DNA of 64,000 bases from Azolla caroliniana (lineage: Eukaryota; Plantae; Polypodiophyta). A model generated the notes under the pieces. The model was not told the origin of the DNA and made no database searches. It saw only the letters and a list, made by a program, of their open reading frames with translations. The translations under genes were made by a program, and so were the position numbers. Positions 14,101 to 25,229 of the stretch are shown here, in pieces. Each line of letters begins with the position of its first letter. Within the stretch, counting starts at the first letter, position 1. The stretch lies in assembly GCA_043228905.1 (NCBI GenBank), contig JBHGNT010000017.1, positions 3,782,001 to 3,846,000 of the forward strand, read 5' to 3'.

Positions 14101-17100
14101 TGCAACATTCCCTGCCGGTTTCCAAGTGTAGTCGCTTGGGATATAGCCTAGCCAATCCACCAAATAATATAGCTTGTTGCGAATAATCTTAGAATCAAGA
14201 ATAGCAACAACCTTGTACTTTGGTCCATCCTCAAGTTCAATAGGAGGTGGAGGTGGTATGTTACGATTTGGAATAGAACTTACCCGACATGGTTCTATGA
14301 GAGAACTATGAAATATTGGATGTAGCCGTACTTGTGGGGGATGATTAAGATGAAAGGTTACATCATTGATTTTTGCATTAATGACAAAAGGGCCTAAATG
14401 TTAGTAATCCAATTTGGTACATGGTCTAGTAGTCTTTATATAATGTTGTAATAACCATACTCGATCCCCAATTTGAAAAGTGTATGGAAGCTGATGTCGA
14501 TCAACATTGGATTTGTGTGCTACTTGAGCTTCTTGTAGACAAGTGGAAAGTTCCGCCTGAATCTGTCGTAGTTGATCTAAATGATCCTAAGCACTAGGAT
14601 TTGTCGGTAATTTGGGAGCTTGAAATAAACACCATTGAGGATCATAACTTGTGTATGCATAGAATGGTGTAACCGTAGTAGAGAAATGTACAGAATTATT
14701 ATATGCAAATTCTGCAAAATGTAATATGTTGGCTAATTATCTTGTTGATAACTGATGAAGCATCGAAGATATTACTCTAATGTTTGATTTGTACACTTTG
14801 TTTGGCCATTAGTTTGTGGATGATAACTTGAGCTAACTTGAGGATAGTTTGCAGGAGACTTTGAGCATTGTGAAGAGATGCTTCCAAAATTTAGATATAA
14901 ATTGTGGTTCACAATCATTGATGATGTTGTTTGGGAGACTATGGTGACGAAATACTTCATGTATGATTAGATTTGTTGTTTCCTCACTAGTGATATCTTT
15001 AGTGTACGGATTGAAATCTGCCATTTTTGTATATCGATCAACTATTGTTAATATAGCGTTGAACCGTGTAGAATGTGAAAGATTTGTAATAAAATATAAA
15101 GACAAATTGCCATGCCTTCCTCGAAATCAGTAATGGCTGTAATAAACCACAAGGATGATGTTGATGCGTCTTTGTTCAACATATGTCACATGTGTGAACA
15201 TAATCTTCGATAAATTTACGTAGATGAGGCCACCAGAATGATCGTGTCAACAAATCCAAGGTCTTATTGACACCAAAATGCCCAACCATATACATATCAT
15301 GGTAATGTTGCATGACTTGGAGGTGGGATGACCCATTAGGAACATAAAGAAGATTCTTGTAGAAAAGTAATCCATTATGCCACTTGAATTGCATATAATC
15401 CGTATATGAATGTTGTGACTAATAGCAAGATGTACGATTCGGATCAATATGATCTAAAATGTCTTGAGCAAGGACATTTGTCTTGAGACATGATGAATAA
15501 TATTAATAATGCTTGAATCTAGTGGAGTATCAAAGTCTGTGGCTGCTTCAAGCCGTCCAAGACCTAGAATTACCTGTTTTTGATTATGGACGACCAGATC
15601 ACGAGGATAAGGGGCTAAATACGAACGCCGTGATAATGCACATGCTTTTCCTTGTTTTCTTGGACGAAAAGTAATCTTAGAATAAAAAAGAGTAAGGAAT
15701 TGTGCCCATTTAGCCCGTCTTCTGGTTAATACTCGAGCACTCAGAATATATGTGACGTTTATGTGATCACTAAGTACAATTATTTGATGAGGAGAGCCTT
15801 CCAAGAAATGTTCCCATTGTTCAAAGGAATCAACTATAGCTAAGAGCTCCTTATCATGTACCTCATAGTTGATCTCAGAAATATCAAAGTTGCATGAATG
15901 GAAAGCCATTGGGTGTAGCTTCCCATCATCACATTGTTGTGGCATAATGCTACCAAGTGCAAAATCTGATGCATATGCTTCAATTATAAATGGTTTTTAT
16001 GGATCAATATGAGCTAGAATAGGGGTGGATGTAAAGGCCTCCGTAAGATCTAGAAAAGCCTTATCTGCATTAATAGTCCAAACAAATGATTGCTTTTTCC
16101 TTGTGTGAGAGGCAAAATAAGAACACCTTTTGTACTTGAGTTGGATCCATAGAGAGTCCTTTAGAAGAGATGATATACCCCAATAATTCTACTTGTTTGC
16201 AGTCAAAACCACACTTCTCCAATTTTGCATAAAGGCCATATTCTTGAAGTCGTTTCAATAGATCATCCAAGTAGATGACTAGAAAGGTGTCCAAGAGATC
16301 TCGAAAAATGTCATTAACCATGCGTTGAAAAATTGTTGGTGCATTTGTGAGACCAAACAACATGATTGTATACTCAAAATGAATGTATCGAGTTCAGAAA
16401 GCTGTCTTCCACTCATCTCTCGGGTGAACTTGTCACAGGTTATATGCACCTCATAAATCAATCTTTGTAAAATATTTTGCCCCACTAATCCTTTTAAGAG
16501 ACTAGAGATCAAGGGGTGTGCATACCTATTCCTGGCGATAACTTTATTCAAACCCCGGTGGTCCCCTACTAGACAAAGCAAACCGTCTTTTTTTCTTCAC
16601 AAAGGAAATGGGTGCACTAGTTAGAGATTTTGAATGTTGAATGAATCCGTTACTCAAGCTCGGTTGGTGACAAATTGTAGATTGATCCCCATGATAGTTC
16701 CGTTCCATAAATAATGGAATTGCAGCATAGTCATCATATGAAATTCTGAATCTAGAAAGTTGGTTCCATCTATAATAGGCTCTTTGGGAAGTTGAGGAAT
16801 TATTGAAGATATAATCGTGGCATTGGAGGCCATGGAATCCTTGTGAAGCGGAAAATGGATTTTTGTCACTAGGTGCACAAGGGGCTGCCGACTCTCTGAA
16901 TGACATTTTAACTGGGACTCTATATTGTTGTTTGGAGAGCTTTCTCAATTGGGTTGGGATGGAAATAGAAAAAAAGAAACAGATTGTTGGCTGCTCAAAG
17001 AAAACTGATTTGAATGGGAGAAAAAAATATGAGTGGAGGTTATGGAGATCTCACAATTCTGATACCATGTGATAAAACTGTTTTGAATTGTAGTAAGGTG

Positions 17101-20100
17101 CCAAAGAATCTAAATGTAAACAATAACTGATTTGGATGGGAGAAAAAAATATGAGTGGAGGTTATGGAGATCTCACAATTCTGATACCATGTGATAAAAC
17201 TGTTTTGAACTGTAGTAAGGTGTCAAAGAATCTAAATGTAAACAATAACTGATTTGGATGGGAAGAAAAAATATGAGTGGAGGTTATAGAGATCTCACAA
17301 TTCTGATACCATGTGATAAAACTGTTTTGAACTGTAGTAAGGTGCCAAAGAATCTAAGTGTAAACAATAACTATTTCTTAGTGAGCCTCAAGGTCTTTAA
17401 ATACAAAAAATGAGAGTGTAAACAATAACTATTTCTTAGTGAGCCTCAATGCCTTTAAATACAAAAAATGAGAGTGGGTTCGTAGCAGATGGGTCAATGG
17501 AAGAGGCTAAAATATGCCCTTTTAGAGAGAGAAGAACGTGTAGACAGATAGTGTAGAAGGGAGAGATTATATCTGGGTCTGTCATCCTCCAAGTTTTGGC
17601 ACCTTAAAATTGATGCATCATTATCGTCTCTTCTTTAACATCTTTTTGGTTATATATTGTAGAAACCATTGATTAGGATAGAGCTGGCTTGATTTTCAAG
17701 AATATTATCTTTGATGTAGAGAAGGTACATAAAACCTGGTGGTATATACTCTAGGTTGTTATAACAATTGGAAATTGTGTGTAGCTTCAGTCTTAGTAGC
17801 TGTAATCTACAAGACATTTCTGTTTCTGTTCCAGGTAATAGCAGGCACAGAAGATGCAGTTTGTATTGGTGGGTGGATTTCTGGAGCCTATGAGGATCGA
17901 CTGCGTGTAGAGGTGCAAACTCTTCGACATGAATAGGGAAATTGATATGGATTATGATGAATAATTTTGAAGGGCTTATTTAATTGTCTTATTGAAGGTT
18001 GCATCTGTTGCTGATGATGCTGGCACAGCAGATGCATTGAGAGCAGTTGGCCACCGTCTTACAGCAGATAACATTTTGGTATATGGGTATAACTTGTGCA
18101 GGACACACTGCTGAGCTGTATAACACTGGATTATTCAAGTTCTGAGTTTTGATGTCTTCTTTTGTATGTGCAGATTGTAAGTGGGGATCTCATTTGTGAT
18201 GTTCCTCTTGGTGCGGTGGCTGCGACACATTGCAGGAAAAAAGCAGCAATGACAGCACTTCTATGTTCTCGTTCAGCAGCTAGTGTTTCTGATGGAAGTA
18301 CAACAAGTGGCAAAGAGAAGGCTAAACAGCAAATTCCTAGTGATATAATCGGTCTTGATCCTTCCTGCGAACTTCTGACATTCCTTGCTTCAGGTATGCA
18401 CCTATTTATGATTTTGATTATATGAGAAAAGTTCCAAATGTCGCTATTTTCTTTGCCTATGAAGGCTTTAAGTTGAACATGGAAACAACAGACTAACAAT
18501 AGTTCTTGGGTCACATTGGTAGTGAATTACCTGAAAAGTTAAGTTGATATACCCATAAATCAGTGTTTTATGTGTTAGGTAGTCCAGAGTCATTAACCTG
18601 AACATATTGAAACATCAGTTCCATATGCTGCATATGGAGTTGATGTATCAATATGTTGAAGTTAATGTGTTGATATGCAATCATCCAATATACAAACTTC
18701 AGGTTACACATACAATTTTGAAGCACCTCATGCATTGATCTGACTATGTACATGGAGAATGCATGAGCTTCATCTAGAAATCTATGGACGTGCCACTTTT
18801 GTCCAAGGATGATATCTGTAACATGGCTGCTGTTGAATCATTATGCCCTGAAGCATTGTCTATCTAGGGGCAATGCTTTTGCAAGTCTATTTTCAATACC
18901 TGACAGTATCCTGAACTATTAATTCAACATGCAAATTGCAAGGTGTAATTTGTGCATAATGTAAACCCCCTCAACGTCAGAGAGGCTGAGAGGTTAAGAA
19001 TCCCTTTATATGATAGATTGAGTAGATGGGTTTAAAGAAGGAAATAATTGTTGTTGATTTGTTATATTAGGTCAGAAATTATATTAACATGGAACCATTT
19101 CAATAATATACTAATGGATGCCCTGAATGCCGCTAGAGTGTTGGACTAGGATCCTGACATGCTCCTGTTTTTTGTTTCAGTAACTTCCCAGGTTGAACAA
19201 AAGTTGCAAATCAAAAGATCAATACTGCGAGCTTGTGGCAGGGTAATGACAGTATTCTGCTATGTAGTTACAGTTTCTCGTGCTATGATGGGAAATTGGT
19301 AGCTTAATACTTGTTGGTTGCTTTCTCAGATGGAGCTACGTACAGATTTGGTTGATGCACATCTCTATGCTTTTAAAAGGTGCTTCCAAGTCTCAAGGTT
19401 CATGTTTGACTTCAGACTAATGTAGAGCCTCCTAATATTTATCATTCTTTTGTACAGAGCTATTGTGGAGGAAGTTCTAGAACAACGCCCAGGTATCCAT
19501 AGCATCAAAGAAGAATTAGTACCATATCTCATTAGGTCACAGCTGGTAACTAAAACCAACACTTATACGTTTGGTTTTTTCTATTCTTTCATTTTACATC
19601 TATTGATCTGCAAAATCTTATATCCAGACACTCGAAACATCTGCTATTGGGGAAATTGACAATGGGCTGAGATCATTAGAGAAGAATATGTCAAATCAAC
19701 TGCTCCAGCTATTACCTCATAAAGCTGCATCATCAAGCCAATTTAATTGTTATGCATATGTTGCCAGCAAAGACCGATATTGTGCACGTATCAACTCTGT
19801 ACAGGCATATAACGATGTTAACCATGATGTATGTATGATGATGCATGGTTTTATGTAGATTCATGAATAGAGATTTTGTGCAGCTTATCACATTCTGTGC
19901 ATGAAATTAATCAGGTTGCCGGAGAAAAGGCTATTCACATTACTGGGTATGAAGTTTCCAAACACAATAACGTGATCCATCCCACAGCTAAATTGGGTCA
20001 CAAATCAACGGTATTTCTATTGATGCACATCATCCTCACTGCTGGGAGTAAATGTATATTGAAAGTAACAGCCCCTTGTTTCTTAATTGGCACTGAAATG

Positions 20101-20726
20101 AAACGTTTTAGCCCATTCAGTTGTCTGGCGTAACTGTGTTTCACAGTGATGCTAGGTTAGACAAAATTTGGCCCAATGGGGGGTTACACTCTGACGTCGA
20201 TATCTTTGTTCTTGGTGATTTCCAAGTAGTTTTGAATGGGGCAACTGTTTTTTTGTGAAATTTACAGGTTGGGCCACATTGTATGCTTGGTGAAGGTTCT
20301 GAAATGGGTGATAAATGCAGCATCAAGCGGTCTGTTGTTGGTCGCCATTGTCGCATAGGGTCTGGTGTTAAGGTGATGGAAACACACTCTTCTAGATTCT
20401 CTAGAGGGGTTAGCAGGTAATCTCATGTTAATGGGTTGGTACAGATTATGAACTCAGTGGTCATGAATTATGTCACTTTGGAGGATGGATGTCAAGTTCA
20501 AGGATCGGTGATCTGCAGCAATGCACACCTTCAAGAGCGTGTCAATTTGAAGGATTGCCAAGTAAAAATGAGATGATGATTTTGCGATTTTATTGTTTGA
20601 ATGCATTTCCATTAATGTTATTTCTATATATGTTTTTGCTTATTGTGGACTTATAATATCCAGGTTGGTGCTGGATACACTGTTGCAACAGGTGAATATC
20701 AAGCTGAGGCACTTTCTAAAAAATAA
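5168..20726 (+). CDS. EIF2B3: Translation initiation factor eIF2B subunit gamma, 13 coding exons, ~440 aa
   Basis: GT-AG exons in consistent phase: 5168-5233, 5314-5409, 11288-11365, 11451-11531, 11627-11846 (duplicate copies at 17835-17912, 17998-18078, 18174-18393), 19181-19242, 19330-19379, 19458-19545, 19628-19828, 19915-20010, 20268-20372, 20445-20561, 20664-20726 (TAA). The protein MNFQVVVL...PKALLPVGNRP...GTADALR...IVSGDL...DAHLYAFKR...VGPHCMLGEGS...KRSVVGRHCRIG...QGSVICSNA matches plant eIF2B-gamma: nucleotidyltransferase-like N-terminus and left-handed beta-helix C-terminus. Confidence 0.93.
6891..7060. repeat. 89-bp tandem duplication, 2 copies (also at +6547)
   Basis: aatattcctc...atgatgttgatagagttccatgcccaagaa...aatgtcgct starts at 6891 and again at 6980. 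Confidence 0.85.
7084..10110 (-). mobile_element. 5'-truncated degenerate Ty3/Gypsy chromovirus (Tcn1-like) in intron 2: RT-RH-INT-chromodomain, PPT and 3' LTR (7084-7456); duplicated at 13631-16657
   Basis: RT 'MLFGLTNAPTIFQ...IYLDD', RH 'NYEVHDKELLAIV', INT 'GHFGVNKT...FWWP...CDIC' and 'YHPQTNGQ'. Chromodomain-like 'YKVVAILDSKIIRNKLYYLVDWLGY..SDYTW' at ~7580-7670. PPT gaagagggag precedes TGTTAT. Many stops and frameshifts. Confidence 0.88.
10110..10830 (-). mobile_element. Copia 5' remnant (LTR end, Met-i PBS, gag start) with the LTR/PBS junction tandemly triplicated; duplicated at +6547
   Basis: Minus strand reads ...TCACA-TGGTATCAGA three times (plus-strand tctgatacca at 10511, 10633, 10755). 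Downstream 'LPKEPIIDGTNF' resembles a Copia gag N-terminus. Confidence 0.6.
10456..10930. repeat. 122-bp x3 tandem repeat followed by a 58-bp x2 tandem repeat
   Basis: The 122-bp units start at 10456, 10578 and 10700. The 58-bp units start at 10811 and 10869. Confidence 0.9.
12539..12638. other. Assembly gap (100 N)
   Basis: Run of exactly 100 N. Confidence 0.99.
12639..19085. repeat. Copy 2 of the 6,447-bp duplication
   Basis: Begins acgtcactgatatt, matching 6092. Ends gaaattatatt, matching 12538, then continues into unique intron 5. Confidence 0.95.
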
Positions 20727-21149
20727 GGGAAAGACAATGGGAGAGGTTTGGTAACTCATTAGTGTACCAAGTAATCATTTTTGTAGCAAGAAAAATTATT
20801 TATATCGGCGTTCTTTTTTAGTTCTGCTAGCGTATCTATCTTTTTGAGTACATAACTTTGACCTCCATAATTAAATGGCTTCAATTGAAAAGTAGATGGC
20901 TCTTGCTGTTAAACAGCTTATTGTATCTGAATATTGTAGAATTATGCTTTATAGTTTATCATTATAAGCAGATGACAATTATGCTAATAGTGCACAAACT
21001 TATCTACACTAGGGAGTCACATAATTCAAAATTGTGTTGGTACGGTCTCTTGAATAAAGCTGCAATATTTGAAAGTAAAATAAAATATACTTCGAAGAAG
21101 TTTTTCTTGGATTTGATCTATAAACCTATTCTATCCAAGAGTTTGATCA

Positions 21150-21730
21150 TGAGACTAAGATATACTAAATAATATATAAATTATACATGTATTAGAGAGG
21201 TTTATAGGTGTCATGCCATGTGTCATGCATGTATTGAACAACCAATAGTATATGATATGGTTCACATTGAAGAGATGCACATCATGATGTGTGAGAGAGC
21301 ATATTGGTATTGTATTTGACAATCAACATGAAGCACATTATGTTTATTTGATGTTAAGATAATCTTCTACATTCTCTTTCTCTATGTTGTAACCGTTCTA
21401 TTCAAATATAACTTATAGTGGTATTAGATTTTGGTTCATTCAAGAGAATTGATCATAGATTGATCGCGATGATATTAGAAGTAAAGGAAAAATATTTTAT
21501 TTAATTTTTGGTTGATATGCTGTATGTTATAGTAAATCCCAAAACCATTTTTGATGTTGATGTGAAGTAAAAAACAATATTGAATGTGATGTGTGCATGT
21601 GAATGTTAATAGTGATTGTTACATAAATCGAGAATTAAAGAGATGTTGCAAATAGAGACATTTGATAAAGATAACAATTCATTTAGGAAATTATTGGTAC
21701 TCAGAAGATCTTTGGAATTAACACAAATAC
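21150..21730 (+). mobile_element. Possible degenerate Copia LTR/PBS/gag-start relic
   Basis: PBS-like tggtattaga at ~21419, then 'ETFDKDNNSFRK...EDLW', resembling Copia gag EKFDG.N...WK...EDLW. Confidence 0.4.
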
Positions 21731-22289
21731 CATGATTTAATCAAGAAGAGTTTCTTTTACAAAATAAAAAGGGTTCACCAAATAACAGTTGACCCATTAG
21801 GGTTCAAAACAAGAAGAAGAAAAAGAATTAGGTGAAGCGGTCAAGCTTTGGTGTATATCCAATCTAGATGGTGTTGTCAAGGCCTTGCCTACGTTCAATG
21901 ACAACACATTGAATTGAAGTAATTTCATTGGGCTGAATAAGCGCCCTTCTACAATTGAAGAGCAACAAACCGAGTTCATCTCTTAGAAGGTGATCACATG
22001 TTGGGTCCGTTGATAGTGAGGAAAGACCAAGGAATTCCTTAGAAGAAGAGGAAGAAGAAAATAATAACAAAAACATATCTTACTCCCAACAAAATATTGA
22101 GCTCCCAAATGGCAAAAACAATGAATGCCTTTTGTTCCCAAAATGAGCTTGCCTTTCCCTTCTTTTATAGAGGTGCCTCATTTTGCATTTTGCTACCCTT
22201 GTACATAATGAATGGCCCTAACCACTTCACCATTTACTTTTTGTTATTCTATGAATATATATATATACGTATTTACATTTTTGTGACTA

Positions 22290-23745
22290 TGGTTGGGCCC
22301 CCTATTTGTCCACTTTCTATCTTTAGGCCCACCACATCACAACATCCACCTCACCAAAGCTGCTCATCCTTAGGTAGTCAACCTTCGTCTTCCGCATTTC
22401 TGGTTCCATCTTTGCGATCACCCTCGTTTTTCTCGGCGTCTGACCTTTACTCATCGTCGTTCTTGTCTTCCTCGAGGCTATTGAGGTTTGGCTTGTTCAC
22501 CTCCCGCTTCTTGAAGATCTTCCCTCTTTTTCACATTATTGATACTACTAACCTTGCAAACCACCACCTTGAGACAAGGTGGTAATTGACGAACTTGAGG
22601 TTCCGATGAGTGAGCAAGTGGTAAGTGAGCCTCTTCATCGGTACTTGCCCATATATATGACCCAAAACACCACTTTGTATACTTCCTCATTGAGATATGC
22701 TGATTATCAAGGTTGTTGTCATACACAATCACCCACTCTCCTTCTTACAACTTCTTTGGTCATAGTTTGTGTTTTTTGTCAAATTTGCCCTTATTCTTGA
22801 GCCTAATAACCTTTAGCCTAGCCAATGCAAACTCTAAGTCTTCCACCCTTCTCTCATGTTGCCGCATCCTTGTTTCTAGAAGCTCTTCTTAGCTCATCTC
22901 ATTCTCCCATGACATAGACCCATGATGTAATTGCCTCTTATATGGGCATCATCGACTTTTGTTTGTACATGAGCTCGACTTGGCATGAACCTAGTTATTG
23001 AGCTATGAGTAGTTCTAGCAACACACAAGGTAATAATAGAGGCTAGTCTTCAACTCGTTGTTCATACGCTTTGACAATGACTTTTGACTATGGGTTCATG
23101 CCCACGATCTATTCTCCCATTGGCGTCCAGGTTCTATGCAGTTGCAAGGGAGAACTTCACTCCTAGTCATTTGCCAATCTCCCACTATCTTTCTGACAAA
23201 TTAGTGTACTAACAAATGACGTCTTTAAGTAAGAACTTGCATATTGCTGCCGAAGTTTTGTTCCTCTTAGCTCTTCTTTCTATTTGGTTTGTGAGGTCTT
23301 CATGCAGGTAGAATTGAGTGCTTCATTTGTCCTACTTCCATTGATATGGATGCTAGGTCCACCATCCATTTGAAATGTATGGTTAGTGGGTAGGTTGGTT
23401 CTAGCTCATCTCTATGTTGTACAATCGAATGTATTTGGGAAGTTTCACATGTTGCCACAAAATAGGTGATATACTTCTATATCCCTAGCTACCGATTCTT
23501 CTTGAAAATTACTCATGTACCCTTGTGACCCACCCAAGAACTCTAATGGAATCAGACACTAGACTTGTATATTCCTCCTTCCAAACTACTCTTAGTGTCA
23601 TCCTCGTTCTATTCTTTGGGTGCTTCTTGATAAATCCTCCTTTGATGAAGTACTTGTATGTGTTCTTTTAGATTCTTTGACCTTCCTCCTTCAACCATGA
23701 AGCGTCCTTTGTCATTTGGTGGTTGGGATGTCGGCCTTGGATAAT
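22290..23745 (-). mobile_element. Old AT-rich integrase relic of the same Gypsy lineage as G2
   Basis: Minus strand encodes 'FVATCETSQIHSIVQHRDELEPTYPLTIHFKWMVDL...EDLTNQIE.RA.RNKTSAAICKFLLKDVIC' and 'IVYDNNLDNQH..MRKY..WCFG.Y', collinear with the G2 integrase. Truncated at a (TG)n tract at 23746. Confidence 0.85.
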
Positions 23746-23899
23746 GTGTGTGTGTGTGTGTTCAATATATTTTAGCCATTACTTTTCATAGGAGGTCTAA
23801 TTTTGACAAGCTATGGCTTGAATCGAAGCTTATAACAAGATGTAGGATATGATATAAAAAGATTAGTTCTATAATGAACTAAAGCTAACAGGTTTTAGA

Positions 23900-24764
23900 G
23901 GTATACTTCTTGTAGGGTTTGGTCTAAAAAGGAAAAACACTCGTAAGGTGGCCATAAAGTCTGAGAGTATGATTGATAATGAGCCACGATCACCAATGAT
24001 TCTTGATATTAATGTAAAAACTACAACCATAGGTGGAACTACCAGCCCCCACGCTGGCTGTTTTCGAGTCACTTGCCGCCCTCCCTGCGGTGTAGGCCCT
24101 AGGAGGTGTCTCGTACTAGCCAAAATTGACGAGCACCATTTTTAGATATAGGTATCTGCTTATATTGAGTAGTCAACCCGTTATGCTAAGTAACTAATAT
24201 CATTTTCTTGTACTTGTTTGGAGGGAGATTTCCCGATTTGTATATAAGCCCCGTGTACAGTCTTTTTGTAATAATCCTTCCTAACTAATGGGAAAGTAGC
24301 TTCATTTTGAAAAAAAAAAAAACTACAACCATAGTGGAGAAAATGCTTATGCGTTACTTGATTTCTCTTCAAGGAACAATAAACACATAAGGTGAAGAGA
24401 TTAAGATACTAATGAAAGAGAATGCTAACCTCCAAATTGTTGACATTAAGAATGAAAATTTTAAGAAAATGGTTGCAAAACTTGAAAAACAAAATTCAAG
24501 AGTGTAAGAGAGTTCATTCAAAACAAATGAGGGTTTAGGGTTTAGGGTTTGACTCAAATGAGAGGTTCATTCTTAATGTCATAGAGGAGAGTATGGAAAC
24601 ACCCACATCCCTCGGAAAGGCTATCGGTGAATTCTTTAGCATGGACTATGGCATGTCAAATGTGAATGTATATGGGGCATAATGAGTTGGGAAACATGGT
24701 GCTACTCGCTCCAAAAAAAGGCCTATTGTATGCACAATGATGGATGATACAAAGCACTGAAGGA
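23900..24764 (+). mobile_element. RTE/RTEX-like LINE, 5' part (degenerate ORF1), interrupted by the LTR nest
   Basis: Coiled-coil-like segment, then 'GPIVCTMMDDTKH', which joins across the nest to 'RIILENSWVYLKGLQCFVSEDRT' at 60027. This resembles the LINE ORF1 C-terminal pattern RPI.V.F...K..IL.N...LKG..I.EDLT. The 5' boundary is approximate. Confidence 0.65.
24033..24317 (+). mobile_element. ~285-bp poly(A)-tailed retroposed insertion (5'-truncated L1 3' end or SINE-like) with 17-bp TSD
   Basis: TSD aaaaactacaaccatag at 24016-24032 and 24318-24334. A-tail from 24310. Confidence 0.8.
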
Positions 24765-25207
24765 TGTTAATCCTTAGGGCTGGACAATGGCCTAACACAA
24801 GGTGTCTATGGAAGACACTTCACCAAAGGGGTGTTATGGCGAGATAACTTAAGACACAACGATTAATCAGACTTAATTGGCTACTTAGCAATATGGCATT
24901 AAATTCAATACACGCGTAAGATAGAATAATTAGTACAGAACGGTAATCAACCCTTAAAGATAAAACAAGAAGCTCTATTAATTATCCATCAAAGTTTACA
25001 TTCTAACCGGGCCTTTATATAGGTCACCGGTGCTGAGTACAAAACGGTGCCAACTGGCACTTGTTCGGAACCGGTCCGGATCCGGATCGGCATACCGATT
25101 CCGGTTCGTCTATTCACGTCCCACTATTCTACTTAATAAAAATAGATTCCGAAAAACAATCCCTTTCACATTCGGGTCTTTAACTTCTTTGCCGGTCGAG
25201 TAACACA

Positions 25208-25224
25208 TGGCACGCCCGTGGGAC
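25208..25224 (+). promoter_or_regulatory. Inverted second PBS-like motif (tRNA-Arg 3' end) at the expected PPT position of G1
   Basis: TGGCACGCCCGTGGGAC lies 2 nt inside the 3' LTR boundary. It is complementary, with one bulge, to the plant tRNA-Arg(UCU) 3' end GUCCCACCGGGCGUGCCA as recalled. No purine tract is present here on the coding strand. Confidence 0.65.
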
Positions 25225-25229
25225 AGTAC

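Noticed and set aside
24040-24137. HDV-like ribozyme in a LINE 5' UTR
   Set aside because: P1/P3 could not be fitted, and the segment belongs to a separate TSD-flanked insertion.
24531-24551. (TTTAGGG)2-3 telomere-like motif
   Set aside because: Too short to call an interstitial telomere.
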